Shown: positions 27,122 through 39,000 of the stretch, in pieces
How the letters are laid out: every line of letters begins with the position of its first letter
How positions within the stretch are numbered: the first letter of the stretch is position 1
Assembly (NCBI GenBank): GCA_904063045.1
Contig: CAJFCJ010000006.1
Span: 2,284,946 to 2,348,945, forward strand
Length of the DNA: 64,000 bases
Source of the DNA: Dimorphilus gyrociliatus
Lineage: Eukaryota > Animalia > Annelida
Reading direction: 5' to 3'
Notes under the pieces: generated by a model
Seen by the model: the letters and a program-made list of their open reading frames with translations, nothing else
What the model was told of the DNA's origin: nothing
Databases searched by the model: none
Translations under genes and position numbers: made by a program

Positions 27122-29210
27122 TTAGTTCATCTTTTGTCTTTTGCTTAAATTTTCATCTTCATTTGTGTCATTGTCTTTATCAATTTCCTTTTTTACATCA
27201 TTTGAAGGTATGCTAAGCATATTTGGGAAGACATTCTGCCCTGGGAATACATTTGGTGTGAAAGCAGCTAGTCTTGAAAAGTTCAAAATAGGAGAATTGA
27301 CTAGGAGAGGAGTATTGATTACGCTATTAACTGCTTCATTAATCATTGAGGTATCATTGTTCTCCGAATTCTTATTCGCTCTTTCTCCAGACCAAAGAAC
27401 CCCTTTGTCTATATAGTCCTTATGGCACCAAGAGAAATGCTGTTTCAGGTATTGTTCGTTGTTAAATTTTTTATTACAAACAAAGCAAACATGATCCATA
27501 GGAATCTGTTGAGATATTTTTGTTGTACATTAGAATAAGGCCTGATAATAGTAATTAAATCTGAAATTTTGAAATATTAACCTCCCGGGCGTGTACGCGA
27601 CGAACATGGGAGCAAAGGGAAGCCAAGTGAAGGAAGGTTAAATCGCAATACTTGCAAGCATGCGGTCTTTTTCCAGTGTGTGTATTTACCTAGTTTTCAT
27701 GAATAATGGATAATGGTAAATAAAGGTTGATTTTATGATAATATGAGCTTTATTTAAAAACTTTGCCCCCTGATTTTTAGTATGATAAGATAAAAATTAT
27801 TTACCAAGCAAAGAAAGTATTTTTGTTACTTTTATAAAAAAAAAAGAGAAATATCATCATTGAATTAAAAAAAAAAGGAAACGGAAGCAGTAACTCTGCA
27901 GTTAAAAGATGAAAAGAACAATTTAACCTACTTATAGCAGGTTCAATTGGTAGTATAAATATTATTCAAAATTAATAAATAAATAAATATATATATATAT
28001 ATTAGTATATATATTACATATTTATTAATGAATAATAAAGAAGGGCACTTAAAGTCTTAGCATAATTTGTTTGTAGGGAATAAATACCTTAATCTGTATA
28101 AGATTTAAATTATAATTGAAAAATAGATTGTTTATGAAAACTAGGTGAATATACATGATCTTTTAATGTATGTTTGAAGCTGTAATGAAAAAAAGAAACA
28201 ATAATCAATTAATTTATCCTAATTCATTCGCTAATAATATATATTTATACATATAAGGGATAGGAATAGAGAGGAGCAAGATAAAAATTATAAATATGCA
28301 CGCATTTGTACTCAATACGTAAAAAAAAAAAAAGTACTTCCAGCCACTGGTACATACTAATATTGTCTGAGTATGCCATAGACAAATAGGTTTTAATTAA
28401 CAGTTGATTAAGACTATTATGTGTCATTACTAGATAGCATAGTAATTACTTCTCATATGCACGCCTGTTAGTCATTGCGGGCTCGTTATTATTCCATTGC
28501 CAACCTATTACAAAGTTCTTCCAATACTAGTAGAACACAACGATATTAATCTATTTGTATTCTCAATATATTTCAACATTTTACTCTCAATTTTTTTACA
28601 CTGCCTTTAGTTGTTTCTTTTTTAAATCTATTTTAATACTAATAGTAAAAAATTTCCGGTCGGACTTGAATAAAAAGCGTCAATTTCCGGTCAAGCGTAA
28701 AAATGTTCGAATAAAAAAAGTTTTACAAAAGAATACGAATAGTTGTAACTTACCTGTAAGATTTTGGGCACATTGGGCATTGAAACCGACCTTCGTCGTT
28801 TTTTGTTAAAGTTTCTTCCTCTACATTTACGAGAGATGCTTGAGAAGGCGCTTCATTCGCTGTTTCCTGTTTATCAGGCCTAACTACCGGCGTCTCCTGA
28901 TAAGACGAATTCTGAGGTAATCTATCATCTTCTTCTTCATTCTTTTCTCCTTTTTCTCCAATTGTTTCACTTATTTGAGTAATGAGGACGGAGGTTCTGT
29001 CGGAAGTAACGCAAAGCGTTCCTTCAACTTTCAATTCGTCAACGTAGAATTGTTGCTTTCGACATATTTCAACGATAGCATTAACTATTCGACTTTTTAG
29101 GTCCGTATTCATCATATTGTTATCGAAAATGCTCAAAATGGCGTTGCCGTCTGCAAGTGCGGTTGTTGTAATGAGGTTTTTATTATTATCATTATCAACA
29201 GAGTCTCCAC
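27122..29210 (-). CDS. C2H2 zinc-finger protein (3 fingers) with an unnamed N-terminal domain; 5' end uncertain
   Basis: Exons 29210-28754, 28179-28155 (25 nt), ~27690-27584 and ~27508-27122 give CPMCPKSYSFKHTLKDHVNTH-TGKRPH-ACKYCDLTFLHLASLCSHVRRVH...CFVCNKKFNNEQYLKQHFSWCH, with a canonical HTGKRP linker. The first in-exon ATG is at 29115. Confidence 0.85.
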
Positions 29211-31047
29211 CTAGAGAGAACAGAATTTTCCGCGAGATGTCGCTTTCAAACTCTTTTCTCAATGAATAAAGTATGAACAAGGCATATATTCTTCAATTAA
29301 AGTCGTAATTAAACTTCAAAAGCATATTAATTAAACAAATATAAAGAAACTGCTCAATTAGCTTTGAAATATAGATGTCCAAAAACAAGTTTCCCAACGA
29401 CATTACACTTAAAATTTTATTTTTAGATGCTTTATCTATAAAAACATTATTATCGAGATTCTATAGAGCAAATCTAATAATCAATTATTAAGATATAGCT
29501 GACATGAAGAGGACCGCCAAAAATAAAGGAAAAAGTCTACTTTTATAGAGGATAAAAAGTATATTTTATGTCTTCTATATACAGAACTAGTCATTGTACA
29601 ATGAAAAAAAAAACATCAAGGCACAATAGAGCATTTTCATCTTTAGAATATATTGAAGATATACGGTGATATTCATCTTCTACGATTAGATGATATGTTT
29701 TATGACATTCAACGACATAAGTATATTCAGATTGACTGACAATAACAAAATAATGATACTATAAGCCTATCATATATATAATAATAATAAAAAAGAACAA
29801 ATTATATTTAATCTGATTGGTTAAGATTTCAAAGTAAATATCTTTAGAATAAATAAATTGGATAATAAGTAAATAGTCTATTTATCAAAACTATAAAATT
29901 GCTTCTCAACCCTTCAATTGCTATCTCTTTTGTATTAAAGATAATGATATTATTGAGCAAAATTATAGCTTAATGTATTAAACACCATTATTAAGATAAA
30001 ATGTACAAAACATCGATGCAAACAGTCATATTGATGCTAAATTCGTAAAATCAATAGTGTATATGGCAATTAGTACATAAAAAAAATACTTACGATGACA
30101 AGTGCAGTAAAGCACACGTTACGTTTTTGACAATTGAATTAATCAACGTGATTAGGGATTATGAGTCCAATCTGCCTATATAATGTATTTATTTGTATAC
30201 GAATCATCCTACTATATTAATAATTTTTTTAACAAATACATAAATCTTATTGGTATAATATTTCATTTGAGTAATCTGTTCAGTTTATAGATGAAATCTA
30301 TCCCATCTCCAACCTCTTTTCGCTCTCCTATGTAATTTTATATATACAACACAATGTAAAGAAGTCGTAGACTGTTTCTTTTCTTGGATTAGTAGAGCGG
30401 TAAACTTTTCAAAGTGTTTCTTTGGAATAATCCTTTTACACAATCATCGTTTTTTAGTCTACTTTTACGACTCAGTAGAAATGTATTCACTAAAAGTAAT
30501 TTTTGATTTGATTTTACACCAATAGATGGCATTACTATCTCTATATAATATTTCAATGGAAAGTTACGTTTTAAACAATCTTACATCGTTAAATATTGTA
30601 TGAAATTTCTTTTACCAGCTCTTTTGAGCACAATAGAATAGTACTATAAATATTTTAAAATAATAATGCGACGTAGAGTAAATTAAGAAACTATAAAATG
30701 TAGTTTTTTTAAGGAGACACATTTGTAAACAAGTATGTGACCCAATTTGGCGCCAAAAATTATACACAAAATAACTATAGACTTTTTGCACTATATACCT
30801 AATAAACGAGATGAAACTTTAAAAATATTCCATAGCAAAATCAAATTCAATTTTAACAACCAAGAGAAATTTAACATATTTGTACAAGAACTATTTTATA
30901 TATGTATAAAATGGGCGTAGGAATATCAGAGCCTTTCGCACGTGAGCGACATCAAAGTGAGAGATTCTATAGTCATCAGTGTTGAAATTTGAAATCAACG
31001 TTATCTCATTCTTATCAGTCATCAGCCGTATTATTATCCGTAGAGAG

Positions 31048-32408
31048 ATGGGAAACGAAGGAAACAAAACTGTGAAATATAGTTTAATTACCCTAAATGT
31101 TTTTCTAATAGTAAGTTAAATGAATTACTTAAAATTATTGTTTTTCTATTATGGTTATAAGTTTAAATGATTAGAAAACATAATATTTCTGTAATTGTAC
31201 AGAGTAATGAAAATCTTATTAAAAAATCTTGGATGATTTATGTGCTAAATATTAGGAATTTTGTTCAATTATAACGATGACTCATTTCCATTTTTCTACG
31301 AAATTCCCTTTTTTTAAAGCATTATGTTGATGTTCCTTTTTTGAATAAGCACTGAAAAAATACCTGATTATTCATTTATGAAAAGGATATACAACTATAT
31401 AACTTCATTGTTAATATAGACTGTTAAATTTAAGCTTTCTAATTAAATTCTTTATACAGTTTTTTGGTATTGGCTTGTTGATTGCCACACCTTTTGTAAA
31501 ATATAAAATAGATGATCTTAAGATTGCTTTTGATGATGACTTTGAGGCATGCTATCTTACATCCCTTATTGTTGGAAGTGTTCTATTCCTTCTTGGTACC
31601 TTTGGATTTTTAAGTATCTATAAAGAAAATTGTTGCCTAATGACTATAGTAAGTATTTTGTTTTTGTAAAGTGATTCAATATTTAACCTATACATTGTCA
31701 ACCTTATTTTAATTTCAGTATTGTATACTACTATTTATCATTTGTGGCGGAATGATTACTCTCTGTTCAATTGCGATATACCTTGATAACACTATATATA
31801 ACGATATGGAAAGAAATCTGCATAATTCAATGCTTGCTTACTCAAGGAATAACGAAACAAGGGAATCTTTTGATAAATATCAAAAGGAAGTAAGTAAACT
31901 GTAATTACACAATTTCTTATTTAATAAATAATATATTTCCTTATAGTTTCAATGCTGTGAGTTTGGTTCTAAGAAATGGTTCGATACAGAAAATGGAACT
32001 GTTTTTATTCCAACCTCTTGTGATTGTCCTAAAGAAGATGTAAATGATGGAAATATATGTATCAATTATAAAGGAAAGTCTATTTTCAAAATATCATGTC
32101 TCACTTACCTTAAAGATAAGGTGGACTATATTAGGATAGGACTTATTGCATTTGGGTACTTTGTGGCATTATTACAAGTATAAAAAAAATATTAATATAA
32201 CTTCTGTTCTGTCAATGTTAAATTTTATGAAATTTCCAGGCAATATCTTTCATTGTCACCTGTGTCTATTCTTACCTAGCCAACAAGGTAAACAAAATTT
32301 ATTTTCATTCCTTAAACATCATTTACATTCTAATTGGATTCGTCGTGTTAACTGTTTTACTTTCAGTGCTTTTGCTGTCGAAGAAACCATATGACACTAA
32401 AAATGTAA
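31048..32408 (+). CDS. Divergent tetraspanin A (CD63-derived; CCE instead of CCG)
   Basis: Four TM segments and 6 EC2 cysteines (FQCCEFG...PTSCDCP...IC...SC). Coding exon 1 (63 nt) and exon 2 (189 nt) have the same lengths as in CD63. An extra last exon gives CFCCRRNHMTLKM*. Confidence 0.8.
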
Positions 32409-32783
32409 GAGGGATTATCTCTGGAAAGAAGTCATACTCATTCCAGGTTTTGAGTGCTCAATTTTTTAAACTTTTGTCTAAATATTCAATTTTCTTTTTT
32501 TAAATTACATTTTACAAATAAATTCAATGTTAACTTAACAACTTCTTCTCACATATTATTTGCCAATTGAATTAAAAGCGATAAGTGTTATAGGTTTTCG
32601 AAATATTTTATCTTTTGTTATCATTCAAGTAGGAAAAGAGATGAATGGAATATTAGAGTTGGCTTCTGTTAAAGTAGTTTGTAAAGACCTTGATATAAAT
32701 TCAGAGTATACAATTGTCATTATCACTCAATGAAAGAACAACTTTAAGATCTTTATCTTGAAATATGAACATTATTCAGGACA

Positions 32784-34063
32784 TTAGTCCTGGGAGAAAA
32801 GCGTTTCATCCCGCTTTTCCAGAGACGTTAATTCCTCACTCACTAAATTTCCTCGGATTTTGATACGACAGCAACAACACTGAATCAAAGATAATATAGC
32901 AAAATTTTAGTTAGATACACAATTGTTTCCAAATTTGGTAGCTTACATACCTTTTTAACTAAACAACCAAAGACAATGGTGGTTATGAAACATATTAGCT
33001 GCCATTTAATGGATAAATGAATATACGCATTATTATTGAAATAATACAAGATTTAAATATTTTTAATACCTCTAATCCAGATATGACACAGACATAAAGA
33101 AAGAAGATAATCATGTAATTTGATTTTTGTGGAAAGAAAAGTTCTGCACACTCTCTTCTGTAATAAGTAACTCCTTTGAATATTTCACATTTATTTCGAT
33201 CATTTTCCATTTCTTTGGGACACAAACAAGATCTTGCAACTGATTTGTTATGTTCAATTTTGTATTTATAATCAAACTGACAGCATTCATACTAAAAAGA
33301 AGTTGTTGGACATTTTGAAATGTGTTAACTGTCTATATTATTCTTTACTTACATTCTTTTGTATTTTATCTAGGCTTTCTTTTATTTCCTTGTCTGTAAA
33401 ATAATCAGCGTTACGTAGATTCTCTTTAACCGATAATTCCAAATTGTAACTGAAATGTGATGAAAAAAGACTACAAAAGAGTTGAGCACAGCATGCCAAG
33501 ATTATAAATGTAGAAAACTGGTAAATTGAATATAATTTTCCATAAACACTAATGATTTATTAAAATAATATACTAACTATTGTTATCAGGCAACAATTTT
33601 CTTTATAAATACAAACAAAACCAAAAATACCAATGAATAAGAAAATGACTCCATGACTGAGGTACCAATTGAGAACTCTATTAACATTTTCAGTGGTAAA
33701 CGCTACTTTATACTTGTGCATTCCAACTCTTATCAGAGGAGTGGCAATTAAAAATCCAATTCCGGATATCTACACAGATAATAAGTATTTCATTTAAGTT
33801 TTTCTTTCTTTACTTCATTTTTAAATGAGTAATTTTTCGTTTATTTGTTCTATTTTGGGAATTAAATTTCCATGAAAAGTTCACTGACTCGGTAATAAAG
33901 GTATAGTAAAGATTTTCAAAGATTATTCAAATAGAGAAATTTAAGTATAGTATGTCATTCTTTTAAAAAACTCAGGAATAAAGTTGTATAGTTTACTTAC
34001 AATAAACAATAGACATAAGGCTTGTGAAGTATATTTGACGCTTTTTTTCCCTCTATCTATCAT
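32784..34063 (-). CDS. Divergent tetraspanin B (CD63-derived; CCQ instead of CCG)
   Basis: MIDRGKKSVKYTSQALCLLFI (63 nt) | ISGIGFLIATP...GFVCIYKENCCLITI (192 nt) | ... | YECCQFD...RSCLCPK...KC...EC | ... | CCCCRIKIRG...FSQD*. Intron positions match tetraspanin A. Confidence 0.78.
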
Positions 34064-36089
34064 CTTTCCAGATAATTAATTGACGAAAATGTTAACTGTT
34101 CCTTATAAATAAAGCCCTTTCGAGAGTTATATATACTGTATATATGTTGGTTTTACGTAACAAGATACTGAAACTATTTTACACTTATTCCTACGCAAAT
34201 ATTAATAAAATATAGTTCTGTTTCAAAATATGTTGCCCAATCTACACTTTTTTTATTATATAAATCCAAAAACGTACTAGGATTTGTTCTATTTTTCAAT
34301 AAAAACATTCAGTAAGTTTTCCAGTAAAAGTACTGCAAAATTTGAATATATCTTGAAAAAAGAGGAAAGAATAAGTTATTCGAGAATTCTTAAATTTATC
34401 CTAGTAATGTGAAATATAATAAAAATCAATAAAACAACTGCGAAATAGAAAAAGAAATGATTTCTCAGACTTCAAATTTTCTATATCAAAGTTCAAAACA
34501 TAATGATATAACCTTAATCATAAATTTCTTCTGAATGTAAAAATCATCAGTAAAACAGTATCTTAGTATTGTCATAATTATTAAATATACAGTGTGTCAA
34601 TAATTTCCGGTCTTTTTTCAATTATCCAATCGTACAAGTCGATTAATTGAAAATGTGATAATACAAAAGAATATTTACCTTCCCCTTTTGTTTTTGGTGG
34701 TTTTTATAGAATTATGAAGGCAAACCATTCTCTTCTATTTCTGACAACAAAAGTATCTATCTATATTTTGGAAAAATTGCAGTATTAATTTATCGTCTGA
34801 GTGAGAAATTCCTGTAATTACACGAATATATCAAATTTCAGTTTAATACTGCAAAAATTTTACGATAAATTAGATGAAAGAATAAGTTCTGAGTTAATCA
34901 AAGGTAATAGAAAATGATACATTTCGAGTGTTGTCATCCCTCCTAAAATATCGAGAATTACGAATTAATACTATAATAGCATGGCTATTAAGATAACGAA
35001 GTGGCAAACATTAATGCAAACAGTCATAGTGATGCTAATCTCGTAAAGTCAATAATTTATCAAGTATATATATTGATACATTAGCCATGCTTATGGTAAT
35101 ATTCCTTATAAAAACGTATGTTACAATCTAATCAATTGAAGAACTAATAAGATTAGAGATTAGGAAGAATAATCTTTTTATTTTTACTATTTGTTTGTAT
35201 ATGAAATTATCAAATTACTTAGAGTAGAATTATGAATAAGGATATAGATTTTATAAATAGTATAACATGAATAAAACACACTCCATTTAAAGAATCTCTA
35301 TGATTATATAGCTTCAGTCTTCTTAATCTGCTTCTGTTTTTAATTTATTGTCCTACTATGCAATTTTATCTAAAGGTCAATAGACTTTGTTACGTAACAA
35401 AGGCGTAACTTTTCCCTATTATTTTCTTTACAATAATCCCGTTATAGAAAACTATCACTTTTACAGTTAAGTTTAAATTTATGTAATAACGTCTACAATT
35501 TAATTAGTTATTAAAATCATACGATAGATGGCGTCACAGTCAAATATTTACTAACAATTAAGGGTTAATATTACTTTGGCATAGACTGCAGAAAATTATC
35601 GTCAAAACCATTCTCTACTCTTTTTACAAGCGAAATATGGTCAAAACTTGTATACAAATGCTTTTGAAGAATGTCTTTTTAGACAAATAATAGCAGCATC
35701 TACATAGGTCTTGGAGACCTATTCCGCCCTCGGTCTATTTATATTAACAAAAAAAACTCTTTGCCGCCAACGGCATAAATCTTCGAAATTTCTCTATCAT
35801 AGTAATTCAAAAACAGTAACAAACTGATTAAAACTTATTCCCCACTTAGACAGCTTGTTAATATCAAAGTCATATTGAAAATATGAATACCCCTATGAGT
35901 AAAAAACGAATCCGTCGAGCGGACTATATTTTTGCAGAGAAGCGTATGAATATCTAAAATAGGCAAAGCCTCGTTCCAGAACCATACTTACTAAAGCGGC
36001 ATCGACGGAGCAAACGTCTGTTGTAAGCTGTTCAAATTCTTTCATTTCAACGTTATCTCTTGGTATCAGCTGATCAAAAATAAGCAAAC

Positions 36090-39000
36090 ATGGTAGAAGG
36101 AGGAATGAAATGTGTCAAATATCTCTTATTTACCTTCAACTTACTTTTTTTCGTAAGTATAAAAATGATAATCGACCAGTATATGTCGAGTAGTTTGCCT
36201 GACCTATTTTGTTTTCCAATGTAGTTCTATGTTTTATATAAAGTCTTAATACGTTTTCTATTATAATTTATATTTAGATAATTTGATGAAATAGGATCTA
36301 TTATATAGAAGGAAAATGATGAAATTATTTAGCATTGTTTTCCGCAACATATTGTTGGTTGGACTAGTGTGTATTCTGAATACACTAACGGTCATATGAT
36401 AGTATGCAATTTGAAACCCATATTAACCAATGGCTGACGGGTACGCACTACAACACCATGCATGTACCAGTGTAGCTATACGCTGTTCATGATATAAATA
36501 GAATTTTTTTTCGTACATGTACATAAAATATTTTTGTCTATTATATTCAAACCACTATGGTTAAAAATAACCAAATATAACAGGTTATCCAAAAGCAGTG
36601 AATTGAACATTGAATTCCGGTTTGTCAATAAATTTATCCGTTGCAGATGTTAAATTGAATTAACTTCAATTTTTAAATAAAAGTTGGATTATAGGGTGTG
36701 AAAAAAAAAAAACTGCAAAAAGGCCAAACATAACCTAACTATGTCATCATATTTTTTTATCTTTATGTTGAGTGTTTTTTTTAATAATAAGAAAAAGAAA
36801 CGTGCTAAACTACAAATATACGTAAAGAGGAAGATAGAGCAAGAGAGAGAGAGAGAGGGAGAGAAATATATACATGAATAGATTTAATAACAATCGTGTT
36901 TTATGGATAAAGGACAAGATACATTATACATTTAGAACTTGGAACGGAAAATGTTTTTTATATCATTGTTGTATTAACAAACAGCGTCTTTAGTTGTTTC
37001 TTGACGTCATGTCCGCCTAAATGGCAGGCACTCACCCCCTTTCCACACCAACTAGTCTGAACCCCCTGGACATATTTAGTCTACAGTATAATAGTGTCTG
37101 GTGTGGTTTTTTTTTCTCACCCCTGCTCTTCTCTATCTATCAATCTTTTCTTTTTTGACTTATCTATAGTTAGCTCGTGTATCTTTGAAAAAAAGCGATT
37201 GTTACCGAGGAATTAAATTTAATATTTGGCTTAGTTTAGTTTAAAATTTCACATACATATTCTATACAAGACGATAAGGATCATCGAACCATGACTATTA
37301 ATAATAATTTCCATATTGTATTCTATTTTTAAACTGCATTAACATTTTCGTCAAATATTCTTTAAATCGCTTTTGAACATTGTCTAAAGAAAACAAAAAT
37401 CACGAACGTATGACTATTGGGGTAAAATAATCTAAAAGTTGGAATTTATGATGAATCACGAAGATTAATCAATTTAATACTTGTTGTCTGCGCTAAACAC
37501 TTCAGTGAACGAAAGGAAACTGGTTCGGTTAGCCTCATAAAGAACATAACATTTCATATATTGATAGTCTCTTTCCGTTGATTTTTAGGTTATATAGGCT
37601 GCACATGGTCTTTTTTTAGACTACTCCCGTCTTTTTCTCTCAACACACACGCATGTAGATAAACATATTTTTACATATAGTATATATACACACTTACATA
37701 CTTGCTCTGAAATGGTTGGCATGGATTAAGGATAAGATAGATGGATTTCTTCACTCTATCATACAGCTTCTATTATATGGATAGATAGATAGGAGCAAAA
37801 GGGTGTGGAGAGTGTATCATATGTGTAAGTTTGGAGAGAGAGAGCGAGAGAAAGGAAGAAGGAAGCAGAAAAAAAAACAAACAAAACAAATAACCAATTG
37901 AAAATAGAAAGGAAGAAAAATCTGTTAAAATTAAAAAACAGCATTTTTACTTCTCTTTTTATTCTAATTTTTTTTTCAGTAATTTATTGATTAAAACAAT
38001 TTTTTTCCGGATGTGATAAAAAATAAACGACATATGGGGATTTTTAGTTTATCCATATTCATCATGTTTGTAATTAATTATAATTACAAAAGAATTGGAA
38101 AAATTTCGCCAATAAAGCAGATTTAACTACATAATTATTTAATTAATAAGCTGCTTGTTGTTTGATAAAATTTCATTAATTATATAATATTTCATTATTT
38201 ATAACAGCACCATTTGGTTAGTTTTACTCGAGTAAAACGTATCGATTTTCGTTTAGGTTTCAAATATTTTTTTATTCGAAGAGAAATGATAGTGGCACCA
38301 TCTAGCTTTAACTTTTTTTTGCTATACGTTGTTTATAGGCTGAGAGAAGCTAACTTTAGTTAGCAATCTTAAAATAACATATCCCATAGGAAAATACTTT
38401 TAAAATGTTTGTAAATTTGATAAATGGTTATTGATATGTTTTGTAAATAAACAAAACAACAATTTGGAGAAAAATTATATTAATATTAATATTCAATAAG
38501 GGAAGAGAACTAAATGAATTATAGATAAACAATTCTTTTTTCGAAGATAAATTATGAAAGTAGATGCGATCTAAAGAACAAAAGCTATATTGATTTCGTT
38601 CTCTGTACGCTTACACCATGTTTTTGCAAGTGCTGTATGTTTTCTTTATCCAGTCCTAGGGTTTATTCTCTTCCAAAGAAATTCCAATTAAGATTACAGA
38701 ATGTGTTGAAAAATTCAGAGTACGTCTGTATTACTAAGGGAATACATCGTGTAGTATGAAAGTTGTTGAAATACCGCTAAGCCAACGAGCTTTTTTCTGT
38801 GTGAGACATGATTTTATTCTTCATAATTATCTTTTTGACCAAGTATATTTGCATAACCACCATATTGAATACAATCATATCAATTTTTATCCCTCATTCT
38901 TTTCTTTTCAGTTTGCCGGACTTGCTCTCATAATTGCAGGAGCCGTTGTACAAACCAGATTTCGTGAATATATCGCATTTTTTGGTAATAATTTCTCTGC

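Noticed and set aside
29500-30480. Possible additional tetraspanin or small gene in the duplicated block upstream of tetraspanin A
   Set aside because: Every frame I tried on both strands hits stops within ~30-55 codons, and the two copies differ by frameshifting indels, so no consistent coding model exists.
34770-34865. Hairpin whose 3' arm begins TAATACTGC (miR-8/200-like seed)
   Set aside because: Only 12 bp pair perfectly and the loop is 54 nt, which does not fit an animal pre-miRNA; the rest of the putative mature sequence does not resemble miR-8/200.
37759-37944. 61-aa minus-strand ORF MLFFNFNRFF...
   Set aside because: It is a low-complexity translation of T/CT-rich tracts with a TTG start; the region is better read as promoter/UTR sequence.
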